Positions 48,071 to 60,300 of a DNA stretch of 64,000 nucleotides are shown in pieces. Where the stretch lies: assembly GCA_047495785.1 (NCBI GenBank), contig JBLDXI010000015.1, positions 4,278,001 through 4,342,000 on the forward strand. The letters run 5' to 3'. A program made the position numbers and the translations under genes. The first letter of the stretch is position 1; every line of letters begins with the position of its first letter. Source of the DNA: Lepidodermella squamata (Eukaryota; Animalia; Gastrotricha). The notes under the pieces are model-generated. The model searched no databases. It was not told the origin of the DNA and was given only the letters and a program-made list of their open reading frames with translations.

Positions 48071-48564
48071 CTAGATAGTGGAATAGTTATTCGCTTCAGA
48101 TGCCAATCCGTTTCGATCTTAGCACCCAGTTTTTTCTTGTAAAAATCTAGCGCCAATTGGTTCCATGACAAAACACTCCATGACAATGAAGTCAACCCAA
48201 GCTCTTTGGCCTCATTTCCACTAAGGTGAACAACCAACTGCTCACCAATTCCTAATCTCCGATACTCAGGCTTAACATAGAGATCTTCAATGTACAGCGC
48301 TTTCCTCCCATCAGCGAAATATTGTACAAACCAAAGTGCCATTCCGACTATTTCGCCATCTTTTTTGTTCGTAGCTAATAGTCCTTTAAAAATACCTTCC
48401 GTTAAACATTCACTGAGAAGCTCGACCGTCATCGCTACATCCTTGCTGCAGTGCTCATAGCTTGCCAACTCATTTATCAGCGCCAGGATGCCATTACAAT
48501 CGTGACTGTTTGCTTCTGCTTTTCTCAACAAAATGCTGTCAGTAATACCGCGTGCTGAAGCCAT
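48067..48564 (-). CDS. GNAT acetyltransferase, diamine/spermidine N-acetyltransferase-like
   Basis: LINELASYE, IVGMALWF, LYIEDLYVKPEYRRLGIG, WSVLSWN..A..FYKK.LGA. Confidence 0.88.
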   Translation of the reverse strand: MASARGITDSILLRKAEANSHDCNGILALINELASYEHCSKDVAMTVELLSECLTEGIFKGLLATNKKDGEIVGMALWFVQYFADGRKALYIEDLYVKPEYRRLGIGEQLVVHLSGNEAKELGLTSLSWSVLSWNQLALDFYKKKLGAKIETDWHLKRITIPLSS

Positions 48565-49478
48565 TAGCTTTTTTCACTTTCTCTCTCTACCACCTACACA
48601 AAACACAAGCCGTGTTAAGAGTCAGAAAGTTGTCGACAAATTATTTAATTTATTCACCATCTTCGTCAGCATAGTCAAAATTTCGCGCATGGCGTTTCAT
48701 ACATAAGACCAAGACGCCAACTTTTTCATATAACAGTTAGTCCATTATGATATTCAATTATAATCATTAAATAACAAGAAGTTGGTGTTTCAATATATAT
48801 ATAATTGTATGATATATAAATTGTTTACATTTACGAAGTATCATTATGCTAATTAAGTATATAAAGATAAAAGCAAAACAATGTATTTGTCTCTTTTGGA
48901 AAAAGTATAGAGCTATCTGTTGTGATATTTCATAAGATGATGAGTTACACCATGTATTATGCTGTCAAATTTCGTTCTACTAATGTGTGGAAACGTATAA
49001 CAAAGAATATAACCGCCGACAATGATAGAGTTTGTTTTTTTTTCGTCTCAGATTCAACAGCCGTGTTAAGTGTTTCCCGAGAGTATAACGTCGAAATTAT
49101 CCAGCCTCGTGCACATCTTTTAGATGATGATGAGAAAAGGCTACAACAATGTTGAAATTATTGCAATTTTACCGAAAAAGGTACAAGAGACGATTGCAGA
49201 TGAGAAACGCAGATGATGATGATGTATAGTCCTTTACATGCTACAATTGTCGCGCGTCATTTCGTCGCCACAATAAATCAAGAGACAAGAAAGATGAAGA
49301 GAGATAAAAACTAAGTTTTTGTGTAGCTCGATTGCCGCAATCACAACATTTGTGTGCCTCGTTATCGTTTCTTTAATTTTACAGTCAGATAATCACAGAA
49401 AAAGCTAGACGCCGATATCTTGGTTAAAGTGTCAGAGAAGAACGCAAAAAAGTGGGCACGGGTTGATCGCGTGGCTGC

Positions 49479-51325
49479 TCAGCTGAGCGTCGGCGCGACA
49501 GGTGGACACGCGGCGAGCGGGGTCATGCTAACGCGGCACGGTAGCGAAGAAGCGAGGGGAGATAACGCGGACGGGCGTAAGTTTGACGAGTTTGGCGCCG
49601 AGACGACAGATGCCGCCGGGCTGCTGGTCGTGGTGGACGAAGCGCGCCGAGGCATGGTCTGTGACCGGTGATCGACTGCGCCCTGCTGCTGAACAGCTTG
49701 CGATAAGCGGCGATGTTCGGGTGACGCGATAACAGCCGTCTGCGAGAGAGCTAGGTAACTCGAGTCGAGGTTGGTCAGGTGACGGAAGCAGCACGGTCGG
49801 GAAAGGCTCAATTTCGACGGCAACTTGCCCTTCCACCACATCGAAAATCCGTTAGAATTCGATGAGCTTGACTTTTTCTAAAATAAAAAATAATAATAAT
49901 AAATCAACGTGAAGAAATAAAAAAATCCAGCTTAATTTTTTTACATCGCAATTTTTTGCATCAATTTTTCTACACTATTTTTCCTAGACCCTCGAAAATG
50001 CCTAACAGCAGAATAATGAGAAAAAAACTTACGCCATTTGGAGGTGCGAATATAACATCGCTTTTGGCCAGTTCATTGAAAGCAGCAAAAAATTGTCCCG
50101 CAGACGCAGCACTAGCAAACTTGATCAAATAGACGGTTTTCTGACCATTTGGGTTCATCGTAGTTAGCCGATGTGTATCAGCCGATGCGGAAGCCAGGGT
50201 GTAGCAATCTCGCTGAACGATGCGTTCACGCCGTAACGTGAAACCCGTGCCTCGTTCTGCTAATATCAAGTAGAGAATTTGTTTCGAAGACGCAAATTGG
50301 CTGCGTTTCGGCGTTTTATTGCTAGACGCTGTCAGCGATGGGTATTTATCGACGAGGAAGATCGGCACACCGCAGGCGACTTGATCGTGGTCTTCGGTTA
50401 GCGATGCCGCCACCTCTTCGACAAACATTTGAGCCATGGAAGTTGCGACTCTCACATCGGTTTTCAGACTGCGATAGAAAATGTCGACCTGAGCAATTTC
50501 GGCCTGCTGCAATGGCGGCAGTTCCTCGTCGATGGCGGCCAGGGCTGTGTGAGCGGACGAGCAGCGAGGCACGTAGGCGGAAGAGGTTAGCGATGAGTTA
50601 ATCTGCTGAGCTGGTTTCGAGACAAAAAAATCCGCGTTCGTCGCCATGTTTTCACGGCCTGATGACGAAGACGCGGAGGAGGCGGAGGAGGGCGGCGGAC
50701 TCGCGTCGTCGCCGCACGACATCATACTCCGAACGTTCGACCGGTGGTTGCTGACTGGGCCGCCGGTCACCGAACTCGAGCTGTGGTAACCCGCACTGCT
50801 CGTGTTGCTTATCAACGACCGTTGACTTTCGGCGGCAATCGCCGCGGATGAGCTGCTGCTGCTGGTGTTGTTGTAAGACGCCGGCGAGGTTGGACGCTGG
50901 TTGACTAGCGGTTGTTGCTCGCTGGCTGAATTTGACATCATCAGCGAATCGGCGTGATCCAACGACAGTAGATGCTCGCTGAACGAGGCAGGTACCGGCA
51001 TTGTCTGCTGCTGCGCTGGCATCTGCAGCCTTTGGTGGTCATTCGGAGAGCTGATGATTTGTTGCTGCTGCTGCTGTTGCTGGGCGATCGAGTTGCTCCG
51101 CAACGACCGATGCGCCTCTTCCTCGGCGGACACGAACGACGTCGATCGAATGATGGCGGAGACAACGGATGACCCGCGGCTACCCGGGTTATTTGCCATC
51201 ACAATATTCGCGAAATCACTGTACTTCGAATCGCCGGCATTGATCGACTGCAAGGCGGTGTTGGATTTAATCGACCGGAACGTGGCGTAAGTCGAGTGTG
51301 AGGGCGCCGGTTCCATCGAAGTCAT
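49479..51325 (-). CDS. Uncharacterised protein: Ser/Gln-rich N-terminus, EVH1/PH-like domain, CRIB-like motif; 2 coding exons
   Basis: Globular block EIAQVDIFYRS...GVPIFLVD...LILAERGTGFTL...IKFASAASAGQF. A GTAAGT..TTTTAG intron leads in frame to LSRPCCFRHLT (ISxPxxFxH-like). Confidence 0.65.
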
Positions 51326-53968
51326 AATAAAAATAAACCGATGTTGTTCTTCGATTAATCGCTGGCCGATAAAATAATAATCATAACATCAGCAGCGTTG
51401 TTGCACTGGTTCGGTTCAGTTGTATTGATATTAAAACACTAGAGTCGGCAAAATATAAAACATATACAGCACTTGATGGTTAAAGTGAGAGCAGCAGGAT
51501 GGAGATATCATTCCCGCCTCATCTTCATGATACTACAAGTAGTAGTAGTCGTAGTAGTGTTATTATTTGACGAGAAAAGCTGCCTCGAGTGAGTAAATAA
51601 TTGCCTGAAATGGCTGAGAGGGGTAAAAAATTGCGCCTCTCGCTGTCACTACACGAACAAAAACCAGCTGCTGCTACTACTACTATTACATCAGAAGCGA
51701 TAACACAGCTAGGGGTGGCCGGCTCAGCCAGTTTTTTCTACTTGGCACTGACAATGATTGTGCCAAATAATAATATTATGATGTTATCAAAAAACCTCAA
51801 GGGGTCAGCCGAAAAATTATAACGCAATTGGTATAGTAAAGTCCATCAGCAACCGAGCTGCTCGCGGTGCATAAATTGTCGATAAGTCAAAAAATAAGCG
51901 AGCAACAGCCGCAGCCGTGATATTTCCATGAAATCGCTTTCGGTGTGGAAATCGCGCCGTAAAACAACCAGCATCAACAAAAACAACAACAAATAACAAT
52001 AAAAGTGGTGTAATTCCCTTGCTACTGCTGCTGTTGCTGTCGAGGCGATCAAGTGCTGAGGCAATAAAAAGCCGCGGAACACGGCCAAGCAGCACTCGTA
52101 AACCCATTTACCACGTGTATAATAAATCGGCCTATAGCAGCGTAGCTTGTGGTAATAATCCAATAACAATTTAATCATAAAAAGAGACGTCGAAGTGGAA
52201 CAATGAAAAGAAATCGACATGTTGATGATGATAACATTATTATATGAGATGTAAAACGAAAACACGCGCGCTTTACCTGCTCGTAATCTAAATCGCTAAA
52301 CAAAGACGTGTGTAACAAACTAAGCGCGCGCGCGCATCATTATCTCCGCTACACAAATTCAGTATAAACAAATGATGAAAAATTTTGTCAATTTTTTAAG
52401 CTGCGGCCGCGATGATTATGCGCGCTAGTGATATTCAATAAAAAAGCCTTAACTTTTGGAGCAAAAAACAACTCACGTGAAGACGTGAGTAATAATTATT
52501 ACTGCTGCGGTTTTTTTCTGCTGGGATTTGCCAGCCAGGGGCTGCTTGATTACCATGGCAAAACAACAACTGTGTTGAGGGGTGGCCACAAGCGTAGCCC
52601 AGTTGCCGCCCACTCTTCTCGGCAACAAAAACACCGCAGCAAACAATTATCAACAATTTTTGCGCGCGGATCGTTCATTACCACCGAGATAATGGTGCGA
52701 GAGGAAAACACGCTCTGCGGCTAGGTGAAAAAAGGTGGCAATGATTATTTTGCTAATACAATAATACGATGAATGCCGACAGTGTAAGAAGACGAGCCTC
52801 TTTCGCTGCGACTCTTCAGCGGCTTTGTTTTTCAGCGCGCGCGCGCGCCTCTTTTTGCGCGCAGCAAATAAAAACTAGCAGACAGGTCGGCGAAGAAACT
52901 CAGAAGACAACGGCGATTACACAGAAAAACACTCTGGTGGTTGGTTGCTCTGCGAAAATAACACTCTGCGCAGTATAATAATGGTCGCGCTGTGAAAATC
53001 AGCGATTAACGACACGCGACAGCTCTGATGATGATGATGATGGTGATGAGATGAGACGAGAAACATCACAGCGAAAGAGAGCGGAGAAAAACTTTCACGG
53101 CGTCAAAAGCTAAAACAAACCGAGTCCTGTGATAACAATCGCAGCCGCCATACAATGCGCATCGGTGACACATCGCCGTTGCAGGCGGCGTTTAATGGCG
53201 CAAACCAACGCACAGAACCCAGGTAATTTGGCATTTCACTTTTTATTTGTGTGCGCTCCACCTTGGAACAACACACACGTGCTGCATGAACCTATCACTA
53301 CTACTACTACTACCAGCAACGAGAAAGAACACCAAACATTGTATATATATTATATAAAATCCAGGCGTTGATGATTGTCGCGTTTTACATTTTACAGAGA
53401 AAGATATACCGTCCACGCACGACGGCGCGGCGATGATAATGATGCGGGTAATATCACACACGTAAAAAAGATCAGCCAGTGCTCAGTCATTTTTTTTCGT
53501 CTGTGAAAAATGACGCAACTACTGAGCTAAATAACTGAACCAGGACGGGATTTTTGGCAAGACGATTCAGGAGAAAAACTGCCGAGTAGTAGTAGTAGTA
53601 GCGTATGCGCGCAGTGTCTTGTTTACTAATAAAATTATCGCGCTTCAAATTGCGCGGTATAAACGTCATGAGTGGAGAAGGTCCGCCTCTCTAGAAAAAC
53701 ACGAGATGGCATTTGGTGCTCACAACATCGCGCGGGAAATGATGAGCAAATAATAATACCAACCGACATAAAAATGGGTCGGAGTTGTCAAATAACAATA
53801 ATAATAATAATAATAATAATCGCCGCAATTGCAAAAACGCGAGCGGAGAACGCCACATTCAACAGGCAATCAAAACACAGCGGCAGGTTGAACTGTAGCG
53901 GAAGTAACAAAACGGTAGTGATGGTTTTCTACTCGAAACGAACCCGAAGAGGCGGCTGTCAGTTTTCC

Positions 53969-54386
53969 TCTTCCTCTTCCTTCTCCCATTCTTCCCTTCT
54001 TCCCTTCTACTCTTCCTTCTTCCACTCTTCAGAAAAACCTTACGCTTTTTTAGCCATTTATTACTGTTATGCGTTTTGCAAACACAAACACGCACACACA
54101 CACTTTAATTGCGCGCGACAATAAAATTGCTGAATGCGTAAAACAGCAACAAAAATAATAAAAAATGCGCCTTAATAATTTTTCAAAATGAAATGTGTCG
54201 AATTGTGATTGGCTCGCGTCAGTGACTCAAACACACAAAAATTCGTCTATAAAAGGAAGAAAAGGAAGAGCGCCGCGTCAGAGCCGCGGCGCAATCTGGA
54301 AGATTGGAAGACAGATTGGAAGATAGAGATGGAAGAATAGGAAGAATAGAAGGAAGAAAGGAAGAATAAGAGAAGGAAGAGGAAGA
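53969..54386. repeat. ~60-bp imperfect inverted repeat (pyrimidine arm 53969-54030, purine arm ~54323-54386)
   Basis: Arm 1 TCTTCCTCTTCCTTCTCCCATTCTTCCCTTCTTCCCTTCTACTCTTCC vs reverse complement of arm 2 TCTTCCTCTTCCTTCTCTTATTCTTCCTTTCTTCC-TTCTATTCTTCC. Confidence 0.7.
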
Positions 54387-57300
54387 CAGTCTTGGGGTTA
54401 ATAAGTTGCGTAAGGTAACAATAACAATACTAATCGTGTTGCTATATGCACCAACAAACGAAACAACCGGGCGAGTCGTGACCGTCTGCTGGCCTCATTT
54501 GCGTACGCCAAAAGCAACGCTACGATCGGAGTACCACTCATCTTCATCTGCAAATACTTAGCACTACCTGGTATATATCGCTACAGCAGCGCGATCTTTT
54601 TGGTGAAGCGCGGCGCACGTAAAATGTATAAATAATAAGCGAAGAAGGTAGAAGAACACGATCGGAACCGCATATCAGCGCGAGCACGTGCGCGACCTTG
54701 CCGTGCGATAAATGAGGCCATAGCCACCACCACAACCATCATCCAACTTACACACCCTAAAACAGAACCGGCGAACAATTGCTTCCGAGCTAAGAGCCAG
54801 CTCTTCCGCCCGCCGCCACCATTCATCAGCTCGCCGATAATAACGTGATGTGTTTAATTGCTAGATCGTGATTGTTTTGTTTTCCTACATGCAGCAGCCT
54901 AATAGTTCGCATATTAACGCTAAGTGGTGAAGTGAAGACTAATACAAAGTAAATTAACAAAACGTAAAACGTGATCACGGCGAGGAAACGACGCTGAGAA
55001 GAGGAAGAAGAAGATAACCGACAGAATGTTTCAGCAGGTTCCTAAATGTGCACAGCTGCAGCAGAACCCACACAGCATACCAACCGACAAACAAAACAAC
55101 CATTAGCGCGAGTTGGTGGTGGATGAAAAATGAATAAACATCGCTAACATTTTAACATCGCTAAAAATAACAGAATTTCGACACACTCAAGAATCAAAAG
55201 TTAGCGAACGCTTGCCTGCCGCCGCAAGGCTTCGCAAAGCGCGGGGCGTGAAAGGCAGATTAGCGGCGCCGTAACCGGTTCAAAAGCCGGTCATTGTCGG
55301 GTGTGAATTGCAGCAAATTTGTGATAATAACGCTGTTTGTTCAACGGACGACTTTAAGCCGTCGCATTAGTCGGCACGGCAACAAAAATGCGAGTTGCTG
55401 TTGACATCGAGTAGCCATGGTCAGTAAGGCGTGTTTCCTTCCGTTATGCCCATCCTGAAAATAATAAAGGGCACCGCCTAAAATAATTGTGACCTGTCCT
55501 CATCATTCGCGCGCCGCCGACGGGTAATACTGTTGAACAAGAGAGCGAGCAGGAGAGAAAGAGGAAGGAAGTATAGCCGATGAACAATGCGGTGAATTAG
55601 CCGCTCCCTTCTTCTCTTCTTTATTAATAATATATTCTATATTTTTGACGAGATAGAACAGGATAAACAAATTTCGCTCAAGTCGAATGACAGCCGCCGA
55701 GAGAGCACAACAAAGCACGCGCGAGACAAAAAGTGTGTGTGTGTATATGTGAGCGGCTTCGTTTTTCTTGAGAATGTTTGTTGTGCCCCCTTTCCGTTAT
55801 ATGAGACATTTTGTTGTTATTATTGAAAGAAGCCGTATAGTAGAAAAATTGTTGCCATAAAATTCACGCGTCTTGCGACCTATGTTGATCGCATACACGA
55901 AATTCGATCGGGCCTTTGGGCAAATACTGAGCATAGAAAAATACTAGCTTGATCGTATTATTATTATTACAACAAGAAACCAAATTCACGGCTACTACTA
56001 GTGTACGCTAAACCTCGGTCGCGCGAGAAAAATGCAGTGACATAATATCCATCGGGCGATCAGCGTCTGTGCGTGAGAATTCGGTTTTGCGATTTGATAC
56101 CATGCGCGTGTGATGCAGACGATAACGATTATAATAAACAGTGTGAGGCCAAAAACCGCGACGAAAAAACACGATTAAACGCCCATGATGCAAATAATCA
56201 AGTAAATAAGACGCTGAGAAACAAACAAATTGGGACGGCGATGAAAATTCAAGAGGCAAAGTGGACAACACTCGTTGCGAAAACAGGAAATGCGGCGGTG
56301 AGACAAGACAGGTGTGTGTTATTTTCGGCAACTAAATCACCGAGTGTAAAGTTATTGATCATAACGAGCAGCAGCAGCAAACTGGTTCAGCGGCGAACGA
56401 TGATGACGGATATTATCGGCCACAAATGGCTTAGGGGCAACCACTCGAAAATTAAGCGCTACTACTGCGCTGTCCAGACGGCAGGTATAAGTCAATAAAA
56501 ACACGCGCTGTGTCGCGCGCACTTGACAAAAAATAATATTCCCGCATTATTAGCGAAACCAGAGAAAATAAAAGGTGGTTGGGCAAAACGGAAGCAGCGA
56601 CGGCGCGGCTCTGGTGACGGCTGATTACACGAGGCAATGAATCCGGTGCCGGTAAAAAGGCAAATATAATTCGTAAACAAAGAAATAATATAATTATTAT
56701 TCTTCGTCTTCTACTTATAGCGAGACATGTAAGTTGCACTGCGCGACGCAGATAGAGACGCGAAAATAAATTATCTGGCAGGTGGCGAAACGAAGAGCTA
56801 AGCTGCTGGTCGTGGTCTGGAGTGGTGGGTCCAATGAGATTATTAAAAAGAAAACAAAAATTGAGAGCGCGTCGGATCAACGCAACGCCGCCACTCGATG
56901 AAACTTGTACGTGACAAGAAGAAAACGGAGAATGCGCTTGCCACTTTCCAGGCCGAGGAATAGTAATCATCATCGTTTTTCATAATAATCACAACATTTC
57001 GGCTGACTGACTGACTGGCCGTACGCACATAACTGCGCACAAGGCCGCGCGCAAGATGGTAAGAAAAGGTACATTCGTGTAATCAGGGGTCACACGAAGA
57101 AGACATGCGAAGTCATCGCGCGCGCGCGCGCGACATGTGCGAATGCCTGCGAACTAAAAGTGTCATCGTTTTCGTCGCGCTACTGAATCAGGTAGGTATC
57201 CAATAATTCTCTAGTGCACTTGCCGCCGTTGTTGTAATAACTCTCGCTGAAACAGCAACCAAAGACGCGGCTAATTTTACGACCTGGCACCAATACCGAC

Positions 57301-60300
57301 TACGATTATGTCGCAGCAGTTGTTGTAGTAGTAGTAAAGTAGTAGTAAGTAAAAACGATCGCAAAATGTGCGCGCGCGAAAATAAATACCAGTGTCTCTA
57401 GAAACAAAAGCTCGTTAAAACAGTATCAAGGTGGTAAAAGGTAATTTTGTCTCTCTAAAAATGTCGTGTTCGCATCGCTAGTTCCTCATCACACTAATGG
57501 CTTTGATAACAATATGGTAGATTAATATTCTCGGTATTTATGCTCGGGCAAGATGACGAGTCACTGTGATACAGACAGAGACTGAAACTGTCGCCTGTGC
57601 TGTAAATGTGTTGTTTATCCTGTAAACCGCATACACACATGTGCTGTCACTTGAACAGCATTAGCATGTTTATTTACCCGGGCTCGAGAGGGCAGTGCTC
57701 AAGTACGAGAGGAACGACGTCTGCGATTTTAAGAATTGCCAGACATCGACGAGGTATTTAGCCATCTGGCCGTCCCTCGCGATCGGCTGTCGATCATGAA
57801 GTGGGTGGGTGGGTGAAAAATAGGATACGCACTGGCACAACCACCGTCCAACCGCATCGAAGCATGACATCTGGTGATGGATTATTCTTAAAAAAAATGT
57901 ATGAACGTGCTCGTGAGAAAAGACAACAAGAACTTGTAGTCTAATTGAAGAGTCATGCCCAACTGAGCATAAACGAGCGTGTGTTTATGGTATATAATTA
58001 TTATTAAATGTAAATCCATAAATGCCGTGTAATTTTTCACCCAAAGGCGAAATAAGAAAAACATTTACAACAAAGGCGAAAACGAGAAGGGGTGCGTATC
58101 ATTTTTTTGACTCGAGCCAGGTATGAGCAAAAAATAACACGAGGGAATAGCATTACGAAAGCGGAGATTGTGGCTTCAACATCTGGCGAGCATTTGCAGA
58201 TGTGCGAATAAATTTGTGCAACATCATAGCCTAAAACACCAGAAATCGAGCTGCGTAATTACTATATCAGCCTTATAATACCTTAGGCTATGCGCTTGCT
58301 TGGCCCTCTAGGGAGTAGTGAGTGGCAATAAATTATCTACAAGCGACTATTATTTAATAGGTGAGTACTACGAAGTGGGGCAGATTGACAGGCTGTACAC
58401 TGCTGAAGACTTACAGCTACTACTATCTTTTAGGCGTGACAGGCTGGTTACGTAAAAAGAACATTCGGAAAGCGGGTCACGTAGAGGTCAGCCCCAACGA
58501 GGTGGCCAGGCCCAACACGCAGGCGACAGACAGCCTCTTTGTCGCGATGGTTGTTTCTTGTTTCTCGAGTACAGAGACAACAAGAAGAGACATCTCTTGT
58601 CATTCCGCGTACTGCTGACTATGGCCGGGCAGCAATAAAAATGGTTACATTATTATTGTTATTGGGAAATGACTGTAAACACATGGGAACGGGAGACGCT
58701 GCTGGCACCGGAGCATCGGTGTCAAAGTAGAAGAGCACTAGGCGTTGTTGAACAACACCAGACTACCGCATCTGGTGTGTAGCAAACATGATGATGCACT
58801 GCGACGAATAATTGTTGTTTGAGATGTGTCGCTGCGAGTGAATCAAGCCGATGCGATGAAATTGAATGGGCTCGTCAAACGAAGAAGCCGCAGCGGGACA
58901 GATAATGGTCGCTCGTGCAACACGTGGGGCGAGAGAGAGAGATACATAGTAGATAAAGTGACCGTTTTGGCTAATAATGCGAAAGCGGGCGATCAAAGAC
59001 CCGAATGGTTGACTGGGTGCTACTGCCGAAAAAGAGGATGTCGCGAGACTCATTTTGAATTCAAATGCGAAACTAATTACTCATCATCATAGTATTCGTT
59101 CGTAACTCCATTATTTACAGCACACACCGCAACGCTATACTAGTGATTCGAGTGCATGTTATTACAACACAAGTAAAAGATTACGATGCGGTAGCTACAA
59201 CAGTGGCTTAACGATAAAGCTGAAATTAGCTTTTCTTCGCTAGATTTGCCAATAATTATTGCGCGAATATATGCGGCCGCAAAAAGTAGAACCAGACTGC
59301 GGCTGACCACAAGATAAGCAGGAGACAGACGCTAGCAGGGGCGCGCCTACAACAACTTGCAACTAGTAATGCCTCTGGTTTGACTTAGTGCGCTGCCGAA
59401 ATTGATATCTCAGAAATATGGCGGCACGCGTTTCAGAGTCAGCAGCCACTCTGCCACTAGTATTTGATCATCGTAATTTGAACAAAAGACCCGTCTGACC
59501 ACTCGACGCAGGAATTAAAAAGTCAACTATGCGGATGCAGATAATCGCGACGTAAATACGTAAATAAAGCACCTCTATTTTCGTCACGGTGTTTCGCAAA
59601 AGAACAGAAAAAGATGGCCAACGCACGGATGCGATTCGTCGCCAAGCTTTTGCGTAATGACCGTAACCAACCCGCATATGCTGTCTAAATAGCAGCAAAG
59701 ACTACGAAATTAGGTACCCAGGTATTATAAACCGCCGTTTATCGCTATGCAGTTATTCGAGCGTAAAAGGCAGGCACGAGCCTGTTTTCCAGAAGAAGAA
59801 TTTTTGGCCCGTTTTGTTTTGACCAGTGACGGTTTTTTCAACGGCGAAGATGCAGCGCGGTGATGAGATAATGCTTTGATGAGGGAGCTGTAAATGAAAA
59901 CAACAAAACAACACGACGCCGAAATCGCAGCATGACTCAAACGCGCCAACCAGCCAACCAAGCAGCCCACCGACCACGCCTTGTACACTGCCTCCTGGTC
60001 ATCACCATCATCATCTGTGCTGTGTCTCCCCGCGGACAGCCGATGATTGACGACGACGGCAACGATGATGATGGCGTGTCACATCACGTCGATTGGCTAT
60101 GTGCTCACTCCAGGGCCGAACGCTGGCAAACTCATACTCTCAGCTGGAGCACTAAAGTGTTAAGCACTCTGAAATATTAAATAGCATGTAAATTTGAGGT
60201 CAACTTCATTATTATTTGCGATAATTGTGATAATGATGAAGGGGATATAATTACACATTGCTTCAATCAAAATAATCGGCGAGGTCAATATTAGGATCGA

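Noticed and set aside
51601-60180. Numerous 60-170 aa ORFs in the noncoding island
   Set aside because: Translations are microsatellite-derived low complexity with no domains or coherent exon chain.
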